Source: a virus
Taxonomy: Duplodnaviria > Heunggongvirae > Uroviricota > Caudoviricetes
Length of the DNA stretch: 23,413 nucleotides
Direction: 5' to 3' (one strand)
Virus record (IMG/VR): IMGVR_UViG_2740892229_000010
Below the pieces are notes generated by a model that was not told the origin of the DNA, made no database searches, and was given only the letters and a program-made list of their open reading frames with translations. Each line of letters opens with the position of its first letter. The first letter of the stretch is position 1. Shown here in pieces: positions 16,385-23,413 of this stretch. Made by a program: the position numbers and the translations under genes.

Positions 16385-17292
16385 ATGCCAACACCAAATC
16401 CTCTGGCACCGGTAAAAGGTGCCGGTACCACCCTGTGGGTTTATAACGGTCAGGGTGATGCCTATGCAAACCCGTTGTCAGACGATAACTGGCAGCGACT
16501 GGCACAGGTAAAGGATCTGACGCCGGGCGAGATGACGGCAGAACCCTACGATGATAACTACCTGGATGATNNNNNNNNNNTACCACTCTGTGGGTTTACA
16601 ACGGCAAGGGTGATGCTTATGCAAACCCGTTGTCAGACGATGACTGGCAGCGACTGGCTAAGGTGAAGGATCTGACGCCGGGCGAGATGACGGCAGAACC
16701 CTACGATGATAACTACCTGGATGATGAAGACGCGGACTGGACCGCGACCGGGCAGGGGCAGAAGTCTGCAGGAGATACCAGTTTTACGCTGGCCTGGAAA
16801 CCGGGAGAAGAAGGTCAGAAAGGGCTTATAGGCTGGTTTGAAAGCGGGGATGTGCGGGCCTATAAAATCCGTTTCCCAAATGGCACGGTGGATGTGTTCC
16901 GTGGCTGGGTCAGCAGTATCGGTAAGGCCGTGACGGCGAAAGAAGTGATCACCCGCACGGTGAAAGTCACTAACGTGGGCAAACCTTCCGTGGCGGAAGA
17001 ACGCAGCGAAATTACGCCGGCCACTGCAATTAAGGTGACACCGACATCCGGTACGGTGGCAAAAGGGAAAACAACCACCCTGACGGTTTCTTTTGAGCCG
17101 GAAAGTGCAACCGACAAGACGTTCAGAGCGGTTTCCGCCGATCCGTCGAAAGCCACCATTAGTGTGAAAGATATGACAATTACGGTAAACGGCGTGGCGA
17201 CAGGTAAGGTGCAGATCCCTGTGGTGAGCGGAAATGGTCAGTTCGCCGCAGTGGCTGAAGTCACCGTTACTGAAGCGGGCGCTGCAGGGTAA
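16385..17292 (+). CDS. V: Major tail protein V, allele 1, with an N run
   Basis: [63 protein letters not shown] and [40 protein letters not shown] match lambda gpV, including the C-terminal Ig-like extension. N 16571-16580 is followed by an allelic repeat of the preceding 30 codons. Confidence 0.9.
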
Positions 17293-17305
17293 ACGGAGGT
17301 AATAC

Positions 17306-17728
17306 ATGTTTCTGAAAACAGAACAATTTGAATATAACGGTGTGTCCGTCACGCTTTCCGAATTGTCTGCGCTGCAGCGGTTTGATTATATGAAGTTTGT
17401 TTCAGACGCAGCACAACAGAAGACAACGAAGCATAATGCCGTGCACATTAACCAGCGATATCTGGAAACGGCATCCCTGCTTGTGGCGATGTCGCTATGG
17501 CATTCCCATTCCCTCAAAGGCACTCTGGCCTCTCCGGAGACAGAGATGCAGCAGATCCGCCGTGAAGTGATGCTGGGATGGCCTGCTGATGCACTGAATC
17601 AGGCAACGAACCGGGTGCTTTATCTTTCAGGTATGCTGGATAACCGGCACGATGCCGATCCTGAACAAACCGGGAAAGCAGAAGCGACTGAGCCGGTAAC
17701 ATCAAAAAAGCATTCGAAGGCGAGCTGA
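17306..17728 (+). CDS. G: Tail assembly chaperone G, allele 1
   Basis: MFLKTEQFEYNGVSVTLSELSALQR…LLVAMSLWH… matches lambda gpG. Confidence 0.85.
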   Translation: MFLKTEQFEYNGVSVTLSELSALQRFDYMKFVSDAAQQKTTKHNAVHINQRYLETASLLVAMSLWHSHSLKGTLASPETEMQQIRREVMLGWPADALNQATNRVLYLSGMLDNRHDADPEQTGKAEATEPVTSKKHSKAS

Positions 17729-18168
17729 ACTTTGTCCTGAAACTGGCGCGAGAGATGGGGAGACCCGACTGGCGCGCCATGCTTGCCGGGATGACATCCA
17801 CCGAATATGCCGACTGGCGACGTTTTTACTGCACGCATTATTTTCAGGATACCCAACTGGACGCTCATTTTTCCGGGCTGATGTACGCCGTACTCAGCCT
17901 GTTTTTTGGCGATCCGGATATGCATCCGGCGGATTTCAGTCTGCTTGCTCCAGCGTGTGAGGAAGAGCAGACGGAGATGCCGGACGAGGAAGAAATGCTG
18001 ATGCAGAAAGCGACAGGAGTTGCCGGAGGCGTCCGGTTCGGAGGGGACGGAGGGCGCGATATTTCACCTTCTGCGGATGTGGTGGATGTCAGCGAGGATG
18101 ATGTTGCATTAATGATGGCTTCAGCGGGGATTTCCGGAGGTGTGAGATATGTCCCAGCCAGCGGGTGA
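17306..18168 (+). CDS. T: Tail assembly chaperone GT fusion by programmed -1 frameshift, allele 1
   Basis: The T frame is -1 relative to G and is open from 17692 to 18168 (…KKAFEGELNFVLKLAREMGRPDWRAMLAGMTSTEYADWR…). The heptamer A AAA AAG at 17704-17710 is in the correct X XXY YYZ register in the G frame. Confidence 0.7.
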
Positions 18169-18349
18169 TCTGGTTATTGATTTGAGTCTGGATGCGGCCC
18201 GGTTTGATGAACAGATGGCCCGGGTACACCGTCATTTTTCCAGTCTGGAGGCGGATGCCAGAAAAACCGCCAGTACTGTTGAACAGGGGCTGAGCCGACA
18301 GGCGCTGGCTGCACAAAAAGCCGGGATATCAGTCGGACAGTATAAGGCT
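18149..18349 (+). CDS. H: Tail tape measure protein H, allele 1, N-terminal fragment truncated by an N run
   Basis: MSQPAGDLVIDLSLDAARFDEQMARVHRHFSSLEADARKTASTVEQGLSRQALAAQKAGISVGQYKA matches the lambda gpH N-terminus and overlaps the T stop. Confidence 0.8.
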
Positions 18350-18359
18350 NNNNNNNNNN

Positions 18360-18774
18360 GAACGGCACGGTGGATGTGTTCCGTGGCTGGGTCAGCAGTA
18401 TCGGTAAGGCCGTAACGGCGAAGGAAGTGATCACCCGTACGGTGAAAGTGACCAACGTGGGCAAACCTTCTGTGGCGGAAGAACGCAGCGAAATTACGCC
18501 GGTCACTGCGATTAAGGTGACGCCGACATCTGGTACGGTGGCAAAAGGGAAAACAACAACCCTGACGGTTTCTTTTGAGCCGGAAAGTGCAACCGACAAA
18601 ACGTTCAGAGCGGTTTCCGCCGATCCGTCAACGGGAACCATTGCTGTGAAAGATATGGCGATCACTGTGACGGGGGTTAAGGCTGGAAAAGTGAGTATCC
18701 CCGTGATTTCCGGTAATGGTCAGTTTGCCACGGTAGCTGAAGTCACCGTTACTGAAGCGGGCGCTGCAGGGTAA
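18360..18774 (+). CDS. V: Major tail protein V, allele 2, C-terminal fragment
   Basis: After N 18350-18359: [37 protein letters not shown]…TVTEAGAAG, near-identical to the C-terminus of the 16385-17292 copy, with substitutions in the Ig-like part. Confidence 0.8.
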
Positions 18775-18787
18775 ACGGAGGTCATAC

Positions 18788-19219
18788 ATGTTTCTGAAAA
18801 CCGAACAATTTGAATATAACGGTGTGTCCGTCACGCTTTCCGAGCTGTCTGCGCTGCAGCGTATCGAGCATCTTGCCCTGCTGAAACGACGGGCAGAACA
18901 GGCTGAAGCCAGCGGTAACCTGCAGGTGAGCGTGGAAGACCTTGTCAGAACCGGCGCGTTTCTGGTGGCGATGTCCCTGTGGCATAACCATCCACAGAAA
19001 ACGGAGTCACCATCAATGAATGAGGCTGTGATGCAGATCGAACAGGAGGTGCTCACCACCTGGCCTGCTGATGCCATTGCCCGGGCGGAAGACGTGGTGT
19101 TGCGTCTGTCCGGGATGAGCGGGGCTGTTCATGCGGATACTGACAGCACCGAAGTGGCGAAAAATAACGCGCTGACTGATGATGATTTTTCTGCGGGAAA
19201 GTCTTCGACGGCGAGCTGA
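18788..19219 (+). CDS. G: Tail assembly chaperone G, allele 2
   Basis: MFLKTEQFEYNGVSVTLSELSALQRIEHLALLKRRAEQAEASGNLQVSVEDLVRTGAFLVAMSLWHNHPQKTESPSMNEAVMQIEQEVLTTWPADAI… is closer to lambda gpG than allele 1 is. Confidence 0.85.
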   Translation: MFLKTEQFEYNGVSVTLSELSALQRIEHLALLKRRAEQAEASGNLQVSVEDLVRTGAFLVAMSLWHNHPQKTESPSMNEAVMQIEQEVLTTWPADAIARAEDVVLRLSGMSGAVHADTDSTEVAKNNALTDDDFSAGKSSTAS

Positions 19220-19659
19220 ATTTTGCCCTCAGACTGGCGCGTGAGATGGGGAGGCCTGACTGGCGCGCCATGCTTGCCGGGATGACATCCACCGAATATG
19301 CCGACTGGCGACATTTTTACCGTACGCATTATTTTCTCGATACCCAACTGGATATGCATTTTTCCGGGCTGACGTACGCCGTACTCAGCCTGTTTTTTTG
19401 CGATCCGGATATGCATCCCTCTGATTTCAGTCTGCTTGCCCCCCGGCGTGAGGAAGCGCAGACGGAGATGCCGGATGAGGAAAAAATGCTGATGCAGAAA
19501 GCGGCAGGACTTGCCGGAGGCGTCCGGTTTGGTGGGGACGGAGGGCGTGAGATTTTATCGTCTGCGGATGTGGCGGATGTCAGCGAGGATGATGTCGCAT
19601 TAATGATGGCTTCAGCGGGGATTTCCGGAGGTGTGAGATATGTCCCAGCCGGTTGGTGA
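18788..19659 (+). CDS. T: Tail assembly chaperone GT fusion by programmed -1 frameshift, allele 2
   Basis: The lambda-type heptamer G GGA AAG at 19195-19201 is in register in the G frame; the -1 frame then reads GKVFDGELNFALRLAREMGRPDWRAMLAGMTSTEYADWR… to TGA 19657-19659. Confidence 0.75.
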
Positions 19660-22600
19660 TCTTGTTATTGACCTGAGTCTGGATGCGGTCCGTTTCGATG
19701 AGCAGATGAGCCGGGTAAGGCGTCATTTTTCCGGACTGGAGACTGACGCCAGAAAAACCGCCGGTGTTGTTGAGCAGAACCTGAGTCGTCAGGCGCTGGC
19801 TGCACAAAAAGCCGGGATTTCCGTCGGGCAGTATAAAGCGGCCATGCGAACCCTGCCCGCACAGTTTACGGATATCGCCACGCAGCTTGCCGGTGGTCAG
19901 AATCCCTGGCTGATCCTGCTGCAACAGGGCGGTCAGGTGAAGGACTCCTTCGGCGGGATGATCCCCATGTTCAGGGGACTTGCTGGTGCGATCACCCTGC
20001 CGATGGTCGGGGTCACCTCGCTGGCGGTGGCGACAGGTGCGCTGGCGTACGCCTGGTACCAGGGGGATTCCACGCTTTCAGCGTTTAATAAAACCCTGGT
20101 TCTTTCCGGTAATCAGTCCGGACTGACTGCCGATCGCATGCTGACGCTCTCCAGAGCCGGACAGGCCGCAGGGCTGACGTTTAACCAGGCGAGTGAGTCA
20201 CTGGCAGCCCTGGTGAATGCCGGTGTGCGTGGTGGTGAACAGTTTGATGCCATCAACCAGAGTGTCGCGCGTTTTGCTTCTGCATCCGGTGTGGAGGTGG
20301 ACAAGGTGGCAGAGGCTTTCGGAAAACTGACCACCGACCCGACGTCGGGACTGATGGCGATGGCGCGCCAGTTCCGTAACGTGACGGCAGAGCAGATTGC
20401 GTATGTTGCACAGCTGCAGCGTTCCGGAGACGAGGCCGGGGCATTGCAGGCGGCGAACGATATCGCCACGAAAGGCTTTGATGAGCAGACCCGTCGCCTG
20501 AAAGAAAACATGGGAACACTGGAGACCTGGGCGGATAAAACAGGGAAGGCATTCAAATCGATGTGGGATGCCATTCTGGATATCGGTCGTCCTGAGTCCT
20601 CAGCGGATATGCTCGCCAGTGCACAGAAGGCATTTGATGAGGCAGATAAAAAATGGCAGTGGTACCAGAGCCGGAGCCAGCGCCGGGGAAAAACCGCCTC
20701 TTTCCGGGCCAACCTTCAGGGCGCATGGAATGACCGGGAAAATGCCCGTCTGGGGCTGGCAGCGGCCACGCTGCAGTCGGATATGGAAAAAGCCGGTGAA
20801 CTGGCCGCCAGGGACCGGGCCGAACGGGACGCATCACAGCTGAAGTATACCGGAGAGGCGCAGAAGGCGTATGAGCGTCTGCTGACGCCGCTGGAGAAAT
20901 ATACCGCCCGTCAGGAAGAACTGAATAAGGCCCTGAAAGACGGGAAAATCCTGCAGGCGGATTACAACACGCTGATGGCGGCGGCGAAAAAGGATTATGA
21001 ATCGACGCTGAAAAAGCCGAAGTCGTCAGGAGTCAAAGTGTCAGCCGGTGAGCGTCAGGAAGACCAGGCGCATGCTGCCCTGCTGGCGCTTGAAACCGAG
21101 CTCCGGACGCTGGAAAAACACAGCGGTGCGAATGAGAAAATCAGCCAGCAGCGTCGCGATTTATGGAAAGCGGAAAATCAGTATGCGGTCCTGAAAGAGG
21201 CAGCCACGAAACGGCAGTTATCTGAGCAGGAAAAATCCCTGCTGACCCATGAGAAAGAGACGCTGGAGTACAAACGCCAGCTGGCTGAGCTGGGAGACAA
21301 AGTTGAACACCAGAAACGGCTGAATGAGCTGGCACAGCAGGCTGCGCGGTTTGANNNNNNNNNNGCCATGCGCACACTGCCCGCACAGTTCACGGATATT
21401 GTCACTCAGCTTGCCGGTGGTCAGAATCCCTTCCTTATCATGCTGCAGCAGGGGGGGCAGATCAGCGATTCATTCGGTGGACCGCTCAGCCTGCTTACCC
21501 TGCTGAAGGAGGAACTTCTCGGGATCAGGGATGCCTCTGAATCATCAGAGGAGTCGCTGTCAGATACGGCAAATGCACTGGCTGAAAATGCCCGGAATGC
21601 CGGTGAGCTGGGACGATTTATGTCGGTGGCCCGTGTGGCGGCAGGTGGCGGGGTTGCCGTACTGGCCGCGCTTGCTGCCGCCGCCTGGCAGGCAGAGCAG
21701 GCTGACCGGGCCTTATTGCGTTCACTGACCCTGACCGGAGGGGCTGCTGCCACCACAACGGCAGAATTGTGGAAAATGGCCGGGGTGATCAGCGATGAAG
21801 CCGGTGGTGGTATCAGACAGGCGGCAGAAAATCTGGCCCGTCTGGCAGAAAGCGGGAAATATACCGCCGGGCAGCTACGGATCATGGGGGAAACCTCTCA
21901 GAGATGGCTGCAGACGGTGGGGGACGATGCCGGGAAGGTGGAAAAAGCCTTTGAAGGGATTGCAGCAGATCCGGTGAAGGCGCTGGCCTCCCTGAATCAG
22001 CAGTATAACTTCCTGAGCGTTTCCCAGTTACGCCATATTGATGAGCTTGAGCGCACGAAAGGTAAACAGGCTGCGGTGACGGAGGCGATGTCCCTGTTTG
22101 CGGATGTCATGAATGCACGTCTGGAGCAACTTGATAAAGCGGCCACGCCGGTGGAAAAAATCTGGGACGATGTTAAAACCTGGACTTCTGACGCATGGGC
22201 ATGGATAGGTGATCATACACTGGGGGCACTCAGTCTGATCACTGACGTGGTGGCAGGAACCGTTGAACAGGTGAAGCTGCTGCTTGTGCAGGGGGATCTG
22301 GCGCTGGCTGAATTTATTCAGTCAGCCTGGGAAACGACAAAGAATGTGCCCGGCGTTGGTGCGTTGTTTGGTGAACTGGCAGAAGAGAACCGCGTATTTA
22401 TTGAGAAAACAAAACGTGATGAACTGGCGCTGAGAAAATCCATTGCGGAACGGGATGCGCGTATACGCCAGGGGGAAATGGGGTACATCAACCGCTCGCG
22501 TGCAACAGGCGTCAGCAAAGGTCCTGGGCAGCAGGAAGCCGTCAGCCGTCTGGCTGAAGAGCTGACAGGTAAAAAGCATACATCACCGAAAACGCGCTCT

Positions 22601-23413
22601 GCCGGGGAGAGGGAAGAGGAGCAGGCAAGAGAGGCTCTGCTTGCCCTTGAAGCTGAGCTCAGGACGCTGGAAAAACACAGCGGTGCGAATGAGAAAATCA
22701 GTCGGCAGCGCCGTGATTTATGGAAGGCGGAAAGTCAGTATGCGGTCCTGAAAGAGGCTGCCACGAAACGACAGTTATCTGAGCAGGAAAAATCCCTGCT
22801 GGCGCATAAAGACGAGACGCTGGAGTACAAACGCCAGCTGGCTGAGCTGGGCGACAAGGTTGAATACCAGAAACGCCTGAATGAGCTGGCACAGCAGGCG
22901 GTGCGGTTTGAAGAGCAGCAGAGCTCGAAGCAGGCCGCCATCAGCGCAAAAGCCCGCGGTCTCACTGACCGTCAGGCGCAGCGGGNNNNNNNNNNGCAGT
23001 TATCCTGGCAGGAAAAATCCCTGCTGGCCCATGAGAAAGAGACGCTGGAGTACAAACGCCAGCTGGCTGACCTGGGCGACAAGGTTGAACACCAGAAACG
23101 CCTGAATGAGCTGGCACAGCAGGCGGTGCGGTTTGAAGAGCAGCAGAGCGCGAAGCAGGCCGCCATCAGCGCAAAAGCCCGCGGTCTCACTGACCGTCAG
23201 GCGCAGCGGGAGTCTGAAGCGCAGCGTCTTCGGGACGTGTACGGTGATAATCCGCAGGCGCTGGCCCGGGTCACTGGGGCACTGAAACAGACATGGGCGG
23301 ATGAAGACATGCTGCGCGGTGACTGGCTGGCCGGGCTGAAGTCCGGCTGGGGGGAGTGGGCGGAAAGTGCGACGGACAGTTTTTCGCAGGTTAAAAGTGC
23401 TGCCACGCAGACC
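19640..23413 (+). CDS. H: Tail tape measure protein H, partial at the window end, composite across two N runs
   Basis: ATG 19640 (MSQPVGDLVIDLSLDAVRFDEQMSRVRRHFSGLETDARKTAGVVEQ…AAMRTLPAQFTDIATQLAGGQNPWLILLQQGGQVKDSFGGMIPMFRGLAGAITLPMVG…) is collinear with lambda gpH. After N 21355-21364 a second allele restarts near H residue 70 with a different N-proximal domain and rejoins the common sequence around 22620; N 22986-22995 adds a third overlapping piece. No stop codon before the window end. Confidence 0.85.
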   Translation, partial: MSQPVGDLVIDLSLDAVRFDEQMSRVRRHFSGLETDARKTAGVVEQNLSRQALAAQKAGISVGQYKAAMRTLPAQFTDIATQLAGGQNPWLILLQQGGQVKDSFGGMIPMFRGLAGAITLPMVGVTSLAVATGALAYAWYQGDSTLSAFNKTLVLSGNQSGLTADRMLTLSRAGQAAGLTFNQASESLAALVNAGVRGGEQFDAINQSVARFASASGVEVDKVAEAFGKLTTDPTSGLMAMARQFRNVTAEQIAYVAQLQRSGDEAGALQAANDIATKGFDEQTRRLKENMGTLETWADKTGKAFKSMWDAILDIGRPESSADMLASAQKAFDEADKKWQWYQSRSQRRGKTASFRANLQGAWNDRENARLGLAAATLQSDMEKAGELAARDRAERDASQLKYTGEAQKAYERLLTPLEKYTARQEELNKALKDGKILQADYNTLMAAAKKDYESTLKKPKSSGVKVSAGERQEDQAHAALLALETELRTLEKHSGANEKISQQRRDLWKAENQYAVLKEAATKRQLSEQEKSLLTHEKETLEYKRQLAELGDKVEHQKRLNELAQQAARFXXXXAMRTLPAQFTDIVTQLAGGQNPFLIMLQQGGQISDSFGGPLSLLTLLKEELLGIRDASESSEESLSDTANALAENARNAGELGRFMSVARVAAGGGVAVLAALAAAAWQAEQADRALLRSLTLTGGAAATTTAELWKMAGVISDEAGGGIRQAAENLARLAESGKYTAGQLRIMGETSQRWLQTVGDDAGKVEKAFEGIAADPVKALASLNQQYNFLSVSQLRHIDELERTKGKQAAVTEAMSLFADVMNARLEQLDKAATPVEKIWDDVKTWTSDAWAWIGDHTLGALSLITDVVAGTVEQVKLLLVQGDLALAEFIQSAWETTKNVPGVGALFGELAEENRVFIEKTKRDELALRKSIAERDARIRQGEMGYINRSRATGVSKGPGQQEAVSRLAEELTGKKHTSPKTRSAGEREEEQAREALLALEAELRTLEKHSGANEKISRQRRDLWKAESQYAVLKEAATKRQLSEQEKSLLAHKDETLEYKRQLAELGDKVEYQKRLNELAQQAVRFEEQQSSKQAAISAKARGLTDRQAQRXXXXQLSWQEKSLLAHEKETLEYKRQLADLGDKVEHQKRLNELAQQAVRFEEQQSAKQAAISAKARGLTDRQAQRESEAQRLRDVYGDNPQALARVTGALKQTWADEDMLRGDWLAGLKSGWGEWAESATDSFSQVKSAATQT

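Noticed and set aside
16633-17352. 239-codon antisense ORF across the major tail protein gene
   Set aside because: It lies opposite a clear gpV homologue and its product is a low-complexity Cys/Arg/His-rich sequence, typical of a spurious reverse-frame translation.
17672-17678. GGGAAAG in allele 1 as the G-T frameshift site by analogy with lambda
   Set aside because: It is out of register in the G frame (zero frame reads GGG AAA) and the -1 frame terminates at TGA 17689-17691. The in-register A AAA AAG at 17704-17710 is the usable site.
20113-20712. 199-codon antisense ORF inside the tape measure gene
   Set aside because: It is opposite a strongly lambda-like H segment and gives an Ala/Ser-rich product typical of antisense reading of GC-rich coding sequence.
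411-23000. Repeats separated by fixed-length N spacers, considered as a possible CRISPR array
   Set aside because: The repeated segments are 50-300 bp, protein-coding, differ by substitutions, and the spacers are literal N characters. They are overlapping allelic contig ends, not a CRISPR array.

Overview
This window is the late region of a lambda-like (lambdoid) prophage from an enterobacterium (E. coli/Shigella-type), all on the + strand: a lysis cassette (phage-21-type pinholin, SAR endolysin, Rz/Rz1 spanins), a short AT-rich accessory island (PerC-family regulator, convergent small YlcI-like gene), a cos site, then a lambda-order packaging/head/tail module (Nu1, A, W, B, C/Nu3, D, E, FI, FII, Z, U, V, G/GT, H), with H running off the 3' end. 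Protein identifications are from recalled similarity to lambda, phage 21 and 933W proteins, not from a database search. The sequence is not one clean molecule: 18 runs of exactly 10 N are each flanked by near-identical but substituted copies of the same gene segment, so the window looks like a linearised draft assembly of two or more closely related co-resident prophages. Features spanning an N run are composite, and their coordinates and lengths are unreliable. Most worth follow-up are an AT-rich insertion between holin and endolysin, diverged tandem hairpin repeats upstream of the holin, a cos site that is lambda-identical at cosN but has different terminase-binding repeats, and two G-T alleles using different -1 frameshift heptamers. 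I found no tRNA, rRNA, CRISPR array, integrase or toxin gene.
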